A stretch of DNA of 64,000 nt, from IMG/VR virus record IMGVR_UViG_3300013137_000012; one strand, given 5' to 3'. The notes beneath the pieces were generated by a model. The model worked only from the letters and a program-made list of their open reading frames with translations, did not search any database and was not told where the DNA came from. This DNA is from an uncultured virus (IMG/VR IMGVR_UViG_3300013137_000012) (Duplodnaviria; Heunggongvirae; Uroviricota; Caudoviricetes). The stretch's first letter is position 1, and every line of letters begins with the position of its first letter. This document shows positions 34,632-43,473 of the stretch, piece after piece. Made by a program: the position numbers and the translations under genes.

Positions 34632-35252
34632 ATGAACGTTGTTGAAAGACAATTAGAGGCACAACGAATAATACAACAGTTTGCGGACACATTGGCTAAT
34701 CTTAAAATTAATAGTGACTTTTCAAACATTATAGATGTGCTTATAAATTGCAAGGGTATTATAATTGTTTCAGGAATGGGTAAGGCAGGAATAGCAATGA
34801 GGAAATTTTCTTCTATACTTTGTTCTTTGGGTTTTCCTTCTACTTATTTACATCCAGGTGAAGCTTCTCATGGTGATTTGGGATTGATAAAAAAAGAAGA
34901 TGTATTGTTTATTGCAAGTACGAGTGGTAAAACAAGAGAAATATTGGAGCTTGTAGAACTCTCAAGGCATATGAGTGTTTCAAAAATAATCGGTATTACT
35001 TCTCATATAGACAGCCTAATTAGAACAAAATGTGATTACGTTTTAGATATGGGAATAATAGAAGAGGCTGGACATTTATCATTAGCACCTACTTCAAGTA
35101 TTTTAGTTATGTTGGCATTAACCGATTCACTAGCATTAATAGCAGCAAAAGAAAAAGGATTTACCACTGAAGATTATTTGTTAAGACATCATTCTGGATA
35201 TTTAGGGGAAAAGGCGCGTGAGAATATGGCAAATAACAGGAGAGAAAAATGA
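34632..35252 (+). CDS. SIS-domain sugar-phosphate isomerase (KpsF/GutQ/KdsD-like, no CBS)
   Basis: SGMGKAG, LHPGEASHGDLG, STSGKTRE, LAPTSS, HHSGYLG. Confidence 0.85.
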   Translation: MNVVERQLEAQRIIQQFADTLANLKINSDFSNIIDVLINCKGIIIVSGMGKAGIAMRKFSSILCSLGFPSTYLHPGEASHGDLGLIKKEDVLFIASTSGKTREILELVELSRHMSVSKIIGITSHIDSLIRTKCDYVLDMGIIEEAGHLSLAPTSSILVMLALTDSLALIAAKEKGFTTEDYLLRHHSGYLGEKARENMANNRREK

Positions 35253-36142
35253 ATATTTGGACATTATTAAATAGTTTAATTAAACTTATTTTTGGCAAAC
35301 CACCAGTAACCAATACTACAACTACTACTTCTACAAAAACCGAAATACCTGCGGGGAAAACAAAAATAGCACTATGTATGGGTATAAATGATTATCCTGG
35401 AACTAACAATGATTTACAAGGTTGTGTAAATGATGCAAAAGATTGGGCAGAATTATTGACGAATTGTTACGGGTTTAAAGACTGTAAAGTGCTTTTGAAT
35501 AATGCGGTTACGAAAAATAATGTTAAAAATGCTATGGAAAAAATGTTGACTGGTTCTAAGGCTGGTGATATTATGGTTATTACTTATTCTGGTCATGGAA
35601 CCTCAGTAGTAGACTCTCAAAATGATGAAATAGATGGTAAGGATGAGGCAATTTGTTTATATGATGGACTATTATTGGATGACGAAATAAGGGCTATTTT
35701 TGATAAGTTGCCAAAAGATGTAAAATTAACCTTTATATCGGATAGTTGTTTTTCGGGAAGCGTTACAAGAAGCTTTTTAAATGCAATGAACGATTTTAGT
35801 TTCTACTCAAAGCCTAAATATATGCCTCCAAAAAATGATGACGAAGCTCTTAGATTAATGATGTTGCCAGTTCTTAAGTCATTTGCATATTCGGAAAAAG
35901 ATATGAATCACTTATTAATTAGTGGCACCGATGATAAAAGCTATAGTTATGATGCAAATATAAATGGAAAACCTGCCGGTGCTTTCTCTTATTATGCAAT
36001 CAAAATATTAAAAGAAACTCCCAAAATAACTTATAATGATTTTTATAAAAAGCTAAGAACTATTCTTCCTAATTCGTCGTATCCACAGGTGCCACAGTTA
36101 GAAGGATCGGACACAAATAAAGGCGCTATGATGTTTGAATAA
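35249..36142 (+). CDS. metacaspase / peptidase C14 family
   Basis: GINDY, LQGCVNDA, YSGHG (His), DEIDGKDE, SDSCFSG (Cys), GAFS, QVPQL. Confidence 0.92.
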   Translation: MNIWTLLNSLIKLIFGKPPVTNTTTTTSTKTEIPAGKTKIALCMGINDYPGTNNDLQGCVNDAKDWAELLTNCYGFKDCKVLLNNAVTKNNVKNAMEKMLTGSKAGDIMVITYSGHGTSVVDSQNDEIDGKDEAICLYDGLLLDDEIRAIFDKLPKDVKLTFISDSCFSGSVTRSFLNAMNDFSFYSKPKYMPPKNDDEALRLMMLPVLKSFAYSEKDMNHLLISGTDDKSYSYDANINGKPAGAFSYYAIKILKETPKITYNDFYKKLRTILPNSSYPQVPQLEGSDTNKGAMMFE

Positions 36143-36253
36143 ATGACGCAATGAAAAATAAAATTATGTGGTAATAGAAAGTTGTTGCAATCTGTTTTGG
36201 GTTGGCGTACCGTAGTCGCATGAAAAATCGCTTGGTTTTATTAATGTTGAATT

Positions 36254-36264
36254 TTCTGTAGTAC
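36254..36264 (+). promoter_or_regulatory. TTCTGTAGTAC upstream motif, copy 1
   Basis: identical 11-mer starting 49 nt before the -35 box (36303). Confidence 0.65.
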
Positions 36265-36302
36265 AACGGGAAATAAATAAAGTATCGCTGAATTTATTTA
36301 TA

Positions 36303-36331
36303 TAGACATACTTATTTTGATGTGTTAGACT
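36303..36331 (+). promoter_or_regulatory. class A promoter TAGACA-17-TAGACT with extended TG
   Basis: same architecture as seven other intergenic sites. Confidence 0.6.
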
Positions 36332-36365
36332 GCTGGCAAAGATGGAAGAACTATCTGGAGGAACT

Positions 36366-37202
36366 ATGTACAACGATTTTAAACCCGATATAAGTTTTGA
36401 AAAATACTCAGAATATATGAAAAAGTATCCCTTATTGACCGAACAAGCTGAAAGAAGTATTGTTAATAAATTGTTTTTTGGTAATGATACTGAAAGACAA
36501 ATATCTCGTGAACAATTAATAAATCATAATTTAGGACTTGTAACTAAAGAAGCTCTTAGATACCATTATAGGTTTTCCGGTAATTATGTAGCAAAAATGG
36601 ATTTGGTTAATGCTGGTATTGTCGGTCTTATAGATGCCGTTGATGCCTTAGACCCCTCATATAAAAACAGATTTAGTACATTCGCAACCTATAGAATACA
36701 TTTTAGAATAGCTGAATATGTTCGTTTATTTATGCAACCAGTTAATTATCCCAATAATATTGTTTTAAGCCTAACAAAATATCGTAGAATCAAAGAGCAG
36801 TACGATATCAATAAATTTACGGACGAATCAATTGCGAATAAATTGGGTATCACTAAAAACGAACTATTACTATTGAAAAGACTAGATAGTACAAGATACA
36901 TATCGCTTGCTGAAAGAAATAATAGTTCTGATAGTTCTGAAAAAATCCAATTAATAGAAGATAAAACGGCTATTCAAGCTTATACACATATAGAAAACGG
37001 AGAAACAAAAGAGGTAATTGAAAAATTAATGTCAAGATTAAACGATATAGAAAAAGATATTATTAAGTCACATTTTTTAGATAATGATACTCAAACTTTA
37101 GAAGAAATAGGTAGTAGATATGGAGTATCTAAAGAACGCATAAGACAAATTGAAAACAAGGTTCTATCACTATTTAGAAAGAGAATAAAGAAGTTGTTGT
37201 AA
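36366..37202 (+). CDS. RNA polymerase sigma-70 family factor 1
   Basis: REQLINHNLGLV, DLVNAGIVGL, RFSTFA, QTLEEIGSRYGVSKERIRQIE; GGAGG RBS. Confidence 0.92.
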   Translation: MYNDFKPDISFEKYSEYMKKYPLLTEQAERSIVNKLFFGNDTERQISREQLINHNLGLVTKEALRYHYRFSGNYVAKMDLVNAGIVGLIDAVDALDPSYKNRFSTFATYRIHFRIAEYVRLFMQPVNYPNNIVLSLTKYRRIKEQYDINKFTDESIANKLGITKNELLLLKRLDSTRYISLAERNNSSDSSEKIQLIEDKTAIQAYTHIENGETKEVIEKLMSRLNDIEKDIIKSHFLDNDTQTLEEIGSRYGVSKERIRQIENKVLSLFRKRIKKLL

Positions 37203-37211
37203 GAAAGACAT

Positions 37212-38138
37212 ATGCCAAATAAATCATTAAATAAATATATTGAAAGTATTAAGAAGTATTCTCGTATAGATAGAACAAAAGAGATATCTCTGTCTAAAAT
37301 TATTCAAACCAGTCATAATACTATTGATATAAACGAAGCTATTAAGCAGTTGACCGAAGCAAATTTGTTATTGGCTTTAAAACATGCTTTTTCTTTTAAT
37401 TGGGCTATAAAAAACAGCAGACAGTTTTCAATATTAGATTTGGTTTCTGAAGCTAATATTGGGTTATATGAAGCTGCAAAACACTATGATGCTCAAAAAA
37501 ATCCGAACATTAATTTTTGTGGGTATGCTATTAAAATTATAGATAACGCGATTATTAATGCAATTCAGAAAAATGGCTTTATAAGAGTTCCAACACATCA
37601 TTTCAAATACTATTCTGAAATTAAAAAAATATTAAACGAATTTGGAGACGAGATAAAAAGTTCGTTTATTTTAAATAGACTAAAAAATCATAAAAAGAAG
37701 ATTTCTGTTAAATTTATAGATATGATTAGACAGGAAATTAAGGCTTCTATTATATCTTTGGATTCAGATCCTTTAATAATGAATTTGGCTAATATTGACT
37801 CTAGCCCATCTAAAAATATGGAAGAAATAGAACGCAAGAACGGTATAGAAAGTATTTTGAAAAATCTTAATGAAAAAGAAAAAGACATTATTATTTGTCA
37901 TTTCTATAAAAACGAAACCTTTGAAGCAATAGCAAGGAAATACGGAGTGACCAGACAGTATATCTCAATTTTAACCAAAAATGTACTTAGGAAGTTGAAA
38001 AATAAAATAAAGGGGAAAAGGGAAATAAATGAAAACAATAAACGAACAAAGTGTTTTACCAGTTTTACCAACAGAAGAAACTATAAAATCAGACAAAGCG
38101 CAAAATTCGTTCAACAACTTATTAAAAACTCATTTTGA
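37212..38138 (+). CDS. RNA polymerase sigma-70 family factor 2
   Basis: LTEANLLL, DLVSEANIGL, IRVP, region-4 HTH ETFEAIARKYGVTRQ. Confidence 0.88.
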   Translation: MPNKSLNKYIESIKKYSRIDRTKEISLSKIIQTSHNTIDINEAIKQLTEANLLLALKHAFSFNWAIKNSRQFSILDLVSEANIGLYEAAKHYDAQKNPNINFCGYAIKIIDNAIINAIQKNGFIRVPTHHFKYYSEIKKILNEFGDEIKSSFILNRLKNHKKKISVKFIDMIRQEIKASIISLDSDPLIMNLANIDSSPSKNMEEIERKNGIESILKNLNEKEKDIIICHFYKNETFEAIARKYGVTRQYISILTKNVLRKLKNKIKGKREINENNKRTKCFTSFTNRRNYKIRQSAKFVQQLIKNSF

Positions 38139-38370
38139 CGCATGTGTAAAACCGGATACCATGTTGAATTTAGAATGCCCTTCATGCAAATATCGTTTCT
38201 CTATTGATTATAAATTCATTGACAATATGGGGGTAATGGTTGGAACAAATATAAAAATTTCATGTCCTTATTGTAACATAAGCGCCTCTCTTTCAAATAA
38301 TTAATACGCCATTATTGCTTTATTGACTTTTTAGTGGCGTGTATATAATAGGTGTAGGAAGGAGGGGACC

Positions 38371-39366
38371 ATGACAACTGATAATCCCAAGTACACCATA
38401 AACTTAGTAACATGTGATGAGAATCCTGTTAGACCTTTACATGTTATTGAAGGCATTATCGGTCAGGAAATTGTAAAAAAGAAACTGCTTTTTTTGGTTC
38501 AATCTCATAGTATTGCCACTCCATTTCCTACACTGTTATTTGCCGGTTCTCAGGGACTAGGTAAATCATTTATGGCACAAAAAGTAGCTGATGCATTGGG
38601 ACGTGATTTTGTAGAGGTTAACTGTAGTGGTATTGCAACTAAAGAAGATTTTGTAGAGAATGTTCTTCTAGCCAAAATAGTAGGTAATAAAGAAAAGACG
38701 TTGTTGTTGGATGAAGCTCACAAGTTGACCTCTGAAGTTACTACGCTGTTATTAACCCTAACCAACCCAAATCTTTCTTATACAAATACTCTTAATTATA
38801 AAGAAGATATTGATATAGTCTATAACTTTTCTAAAATTAATATTATACTGGCAACTACTGATTCCTATATGATATGTAGGCCATTAGCAAATAGAGCCAA
38901 GGTTATCTATTTTAATATGTATGAAAAACAGGAAGTGCTAGATATATTAAGTTTTTATTTGGGCGATATAAAAACGAATTGCTCTACTCAAGTGGCAGAA
39001 GAAATAGCTTATGCCTGTAGAGAACGTGCAAGAGATGCCTTTTTACTTTCGCAAGATATCGTTCGTTACGTAAACTTATATAATTTACCTTGTTTTAGTG
39101 ATAAAGATTGGCGAGAAATCAAAACGATATTAGACATACAATTATTGGGTTTAAATAGTACAGAACTATTATTATTCAAAAAAATTCATGAAAATCAACC
39201 AATTTCATGCAAAAATTTAGCATTGCAGTTAGGGGTAAATGAGAGTAATATTGAATCTGAATTGGAAGTTCGTTTAAGAGAATTGGGATTAATTGATAAT
39301 ACTAATCAGGGTAGAATATTGTCGCCCAAAGGAAAAGATCTTATTGAAAAGGGAATTCTTGTATAA
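38371..39366 (+). CDS. ruvB: RuvB-like Holliday junction branch-migration ATPase
   Basis: IIGQE, LLFAGSQGLGKS, LDEAH, ILATT, C-terminal winged helix with IE...E...L...GLI..T.QGR. Confidence 0.75.
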   Translation: MTTDNPKYTINLVTCDENPVRPLHVIEGIIGQEIVKKKLLFLVQSHSIATPFPTLLFAGSQGLGKSFMAQKVADALGRDFVEVNCSGIATKEDFVENVLLAKIVGNKEKTLLLDEAHKLTSEVTTLLLTLTNPNLSYTNTLNYKEDIDIVYNFSKINIILATTDSYMICRPLANRAKVIYFNMYEKQEVLDILSFYLGDIKTNCSTQVAEEIAYACRERARDAFLLSQDIVRYVNLYNLPCFSDKDWREIKTILDIQLLGLNSTELLLFKKIHENQPISCKNLALQLGVNESNIESELEVRLRELGLIDNTNQGRILSPKGKDLIEKGILV

Positions 39367-39382
39367 TTTAGAAAAATATAAT

Positions 39383-40132
39383 ATGAATTGGTATCAGCTA
39401 TATAAAGAATCGCGTAGAAATCCTTTAGATAAAATAGCAAGGGATATTGCTGCCCTAATATTATCTTTTATTTCTAAGAGAGAAACCAATAAAATGCTTA
39501 AAGGAGACATAATTAATTATTATGATTCTCCTTTAAAAATAGATTTTATTAATTTTAATGCTACTTATATAGAATCAATTTATCATGATAGAAAATTTGA
39601 TGTTGAAGCCGCATTTTATGTTAATAAGGTTTTTACTACAATATTTAAGGCAATACATGTAGGTGTTTTTATAAATACTGCGACCTTTAGTAAAAACGAT
39701 TATAATGATTTATATGTTGAATTAATAGGGGCAATAAGACACGAATTAGAACACGCAATGGTTTTTTATAAAGATCCAAATATTAGACCGCAATATAATA
39801 TTGAAGAAATGAATTCTAAATCTAAAGAATATTGGTTAAATAAAAACATGTTAGAATATGCCACATTCAAATTTAAGAATTATTTGTTAGATAAATCAGA
39901 AATAGAAGCATTTGTGAGAGGCTGGATGTTACAGGCTAAAAAGAAACATCTTCCCCTATATACTATGTTAGAAAATAACATTTATGATTTTTTGGTAGGC
40001 AGAGACAATATTCCTGTTGTTAAAAATCTTATAAATAAACGAGAAGATACTGGACTAGATATAAAACAAATGGCAGACACAATCAAAATGAGATATGTTG
40101 AGAGATTACACCAATTATATCCTGACTTTTAA
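39383..40132 (+). CDS. MNWY-motif HExxH protein, paralog of 3233
   Basis: MNWYQLY start; RHELEH; YLLDKSEIEAFVR. Confidence 0.65.
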   Translation: MNWYQLYKESRRNPLDKIARDIAALILSFISKRETNKMLKGDIINYYDSPLKIDFINFNATYIESIYHDRKFDVEAAFYVNKVFTTIFKAIHVGVFINTATFSKNDYNDLYVELIGAIRHELEHAMVFYKDPNIRPQYNIEEMNSKSKEYWLNKNMLEYATFKFKNYLLDKSEIEAFVRGWMLQAKKKHLPLYTMLENNIYDFLVGRDNIPVVKNLINKREDTGLDIKQMADTIKMRYVERLHQLYPDF

Positions 40133-40413
40133 AATGAATAAAATATCGCTACAAAATGCTGAGTTTTGGATTAATAAAGAAGGTCAACATCCCAAACCAT
40201 TGACTATAATTTGGGCTGAAGATATTGTAGAAAATATAAATGAGGCAATAAATGGTAAATGGATTACTAGCGATAATTCTAAGGTTAAAGAAGTAAAAAA
40301 TGCAATGATGTGTTTTAACAATGTGCGAAATCCTCTATGTATAATGACGGAAAATAATGATGAACTGGTATAGTTTATATAAAGTAAATGTAAAAATAGA
40401 ATAAAGGAATAAT

Positions 40414-40926
40414 ATGAATCCAATAAAAAAAGCTAGTTTTAATGAGCTGTATGAAACATTTACTTGTGTTTTATCTAAAATTGATGAATTGTTTATAAAT
40501 TATAAATGTGTTATGGAAGAAAAAAATAATAAGTGTATTTGGAATGATACAGAATATAATAGTTTTGATGAATTTATAAGGGGCGTAGAAAGAGAATCAA
40601 TAAAATATACTTCCGAAAAAACAGGACTGTCGGATACTGCTGTTAGAGAAAGATGGAAAATAATGACGTGCCCATTACCTGTATGGGACGCAATAGAACA
40701 TGGAGAATTATCATTAACTAAAGCAAAGTCTCTTATATCGATAAGCTTAGATCCTTTTAGTAAACATGATGAGGAATGGGTTGGAAAAATCATAGAAAAA
40801 ATCAAGGATATGGGATGTAAAGAGATAAAAGAATTAGTTAAACAAGAATCCTCTACAAAGATATGGAATAAAAGCGATATAGTGATGATTAGATTAGCGG
40901 GTCAACATAGAATAAGTACATGCTAA
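40414..40926 (+). CDS. ParB/Spo0J-like HTH protein lacking the ParB N-domain
   Basis: EKTGLSDTAVRER...P.PVWDAIEHGELSLTKAKSL pattern. Confidence 0.55.
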   Translation: MNPIKKASFNELYETFTCVLSKIDELFINYKCVMEEKNNKCIWNDTEYNSFDEFIRGVERESIKYTSEKTGLSDTAVRERWKIMTCPLPVWDAIEHGELSLTKAKSLISISLDPFSKHDEEWVGKIIEKIKDMGCKEIKELVKQESSTKIWNKSDIVMIRLAGQHRISTC

Positions 40927-41259
40927 GAAAAAAAATGAAAAGATTTTTGTTTGTTATAATCTTGTTGTGTATTATGTTTTTTACTAGTGGCTGCTGCACA
41001 TATATAGTTTTTAAGAATTCTGAAGAAAAAATTGCTAGGCGAAGGAACGTAGAAAATAACCAAGATAAAGTGGGTTTATATGAGATTATAAAAGAGCAAC
41101 CGTATCTTCAATTGGGAGCACTTTTGGCAGATGCAACAATTATAAAACGTTTAGAAGTAGAATTTTTATTAAAAATTGTTTTAAAATAATTTGTGTTGAA
41201 ACCTTATTTAATCCATGTATACTAATATTGAATGAAATAATAATGGTTTAATACTGACT

Positions 41260-43161
41260 ATGAAAGACGACATACAAAAATACATCTATGACGAAAAAAC
41301 GCTTTCTTGCTATGCTAAGGAAGTGGCCGAATATCCTCGTATTACTCCGGAAAGAGAAATAGAACTGTCTAAAATAATTATTAATAAGAAACAACCAAAA
41401 AATAAAAGGGATAAAGCTAGAAATGAATTAGTTCTTGCTAATTTAAAATTAGTGTTAATGTGTGCCCGAAATTATCACAAAGATCATTTCTATCTAAACC
41501 TTTGTGATTTGATTCAATATGGTAACGTAGGGTTGATACAAGCCGCTATGCATTTTGATTGGCGTAAGGGTTTTAGGTTTTCAACATATGCTGTTACATG
41601 TATAAAAAGGAATATTGACGAAACCGTTTTTGCTGAAGATAACGAGATTAGATTCCCTGATAATTACAATGAATACATAAAGAAGATTAATGCGTTGGAA
41701 GGCGATTATGGTCCTAATTTGCCCTTTCATTTCTTAAGCGAAAAGATCGGTGTAAGTATAAATGTAGTTAAACAAGCTTTAAAAATAAGACAATATAAGA
41801 TGTTATATTTAAATGCTACGATTAGTGGTGAAGATAATTCGGTTGATTTTAATAATGTCATAGAAGATACTAGTTCGCCAGATCCATTAATGTTACTTGA
41901 AGATAAACAAACTAAAGACCGTGTAATTGATATAATTGAAAAAATGCCACGTCAGGATCAGGTAGTTGCTTTTAAGAGATTATTTGGGGATATAAAAGAT
42001 CAACATAGTCTTCAATATATTGCCGACGAGTTTGATCTTACAAAAGAATCTGTTAGGTTAAAGGAAATTAAAGCTTTCAATACTATTAAAAAGGAATTAA
42101 AAATAGAAAATAATAATGAGGACTTGCGAAATATGGGCAAGTATAGAAGTCTAAATCCGTGGACAGAAAAAAACAGAAGCAGACGTATTAAAAGAGATAT
42201 TAAAAAGGGGTTGTTGCCATTGCCGTATTTGTCTTTTCCCGAATTATCTGATATCTCTGATAAAATAAGGGCTAAAATTACAAAAAATATTCCGATGAGA
42301 CTATCGGAAATGATTAAGTCACTAAAGAAAATATCTTCCACTGAATTAGGTTATAGACTTACAAAAGTAGTGCAAAACGATTCAAGAATAGATGTGTTTT
42401 TACCAAAAGAGTTTTATCATGCACTTAAAGCAAAAAAGTGGATCGCTGTTTTTAATAAAGAAGATGACGATTTTCTATTATTTAATGTTTTTCGCGGTAA
42501 TAAATGGCTGGCGAAAAACATGTATTGCAAACCTAAACACATAACTTGTCGTTTACGAAAACTAAATATCAGTTCAAATTATAAAGGTTATACACCGAAA
42601 GAAATAGAGTTTTTGATTAAATATAAGGATGCTGAATGGAGCTTTTTGACATCATCTCTACATAGAACAGTAGATAGTATGAAAAATAAACTTGTAAGAT
42701 TGAATATTACTAGAAAATATGTTCGTAAATATGAGACTCCAAAAGAAATTGAGATAATAAAAAATAATCCAAATAGAACCTGTTCGGATTTTGTAAAAAT
42801 GTTCGGGTGGAAAAGAAGTAAGGTAAAATATCATGTTAGAAAAAACAATATTAAACTCGCTGTTGTATGTGTACAAAAAAAATATAATTCGGAAGAAGAT
42901 AGTTTTATAAAAGAAAACTATTTAAAACAAACGTGTAAATGGGTTGCTAATAAATTAAATCGTACTGTTGCCTCTATTAGTAAAAGAATGGCGATATTGA
43001 ATTGCAAGAAGGTTATAAATCATCAATATACCACAAAAGAACTTGAATTTATTCGCAATAACACAGATAAGGGTTATGTTAATATGGCTAAAATATTAAA
43101 TATAAAGCCTAAAACGCTACATAGAAAATTAAGAAGGATGAAAATTCCATGCCGTCCATAA
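41260..43161 (+). CDS. sigma-70 family factor 3 with long C-terminal HTH/Myb-like repeat extension
   Basis: ARNELVLANLKLV, DLIQYGNVGLIQA, FDWRKGFRFSTYA, region 4; then repeats Y(T/N)xxExxF(I/L)...L.RT..S. Confidence 0.88.
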   Translation: MKDDIQKYIYDEKTLSCYAKEVAEYPRITPEREIELSKIIINKKQPKNKRDKARNELVLANLKLVLMCARNYHKDHFYLNLCDLIQYGNVGLIQAAMHFDWRKGFRFSTYAVTCIKRNIDETVFAEDNEIRFPDNYNEYIKKINALEGDYGPNLPFHFLSEKIGVSINVVKQALKIRQYKMLYLNATISGEDNSVDFNNVIEDTSSPDPLMLLEDKQTKDRVIDIIEKMPRQDQVVAFKRLFGDIKDQHSLQYIADEFDLTKESVRLKEIKAFNTIKKELKIENNNEDLRNMGKYRSLNPWTEKNRSRRIKRDIKKGLLPLPYLSFPELSDISDKIRAKITKNIPMRLSEMIKSLKKISSTELGYRLTKVVQNDSRIDVFLPKEFYHALKAKKWIAVFNKEDDDFLLFNVFRGNKWLAKNMYCKPKHITCRLRKLNISSNYKGYTPKEIEFLIKYKDAEWSFLTSSLHRTVDSMKNKLVRLNITRKYVRKYETPKEIEIIKNNPNRTCSDFVKMFGWKRSKVKYHVRKNNIKLAVVCVQKKYNSEEDSFIKENYLKQTCKWVANKLNRTVASISKRMAILNCKKVINHQYTTKELEFIRNNTDKGYVNMAKILNIKPKTLHRKLRRMKIPCRP

Positions 43162-43420
43162 AAGAACAAGTTTTGGATATATTAAGAGATATCGTTTTAA
43201 CTTTAAAGACTCATGGAAACGATTTAAAGACTGATAAGAATTTTAGAGATAAATGGATTGAAAAAAAGAAAAAATTAGACGAGCTTATTCCGTTATTATC
43301 AGAGGATGATTATGTATGGCTGGATAAAGAATATAATATTTGGATAAAAGAAATTATCAAAGACGTAGATCCTCGTATTATCGCTCTGGCAAAAAACAAT
43401 TCTTGAGAAATATTTAGTTC

Positions 43421-43449
43421 TTGCGCATTAATTGACCTTGTGTTACGCT
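43421..43449 (+). promoter_or_regulatory. class A promoter TTGCGC-17-TACGCT (ext. TG) for rIIA
   Basis: 17-nt spacer, TG at 43441. Confidence 0.55.
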
Positions 43450-43473
43450 CTTCCCATAACAAAGGAGAAACCC

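Noticed and set aside
36143..36340. Possible tRNA/ncRNA in the intergenic gap
   Set aside because: No cloverleaf or T-loop seen; explained by tandem promoter-like elements (36185-36213, 36303-36331).
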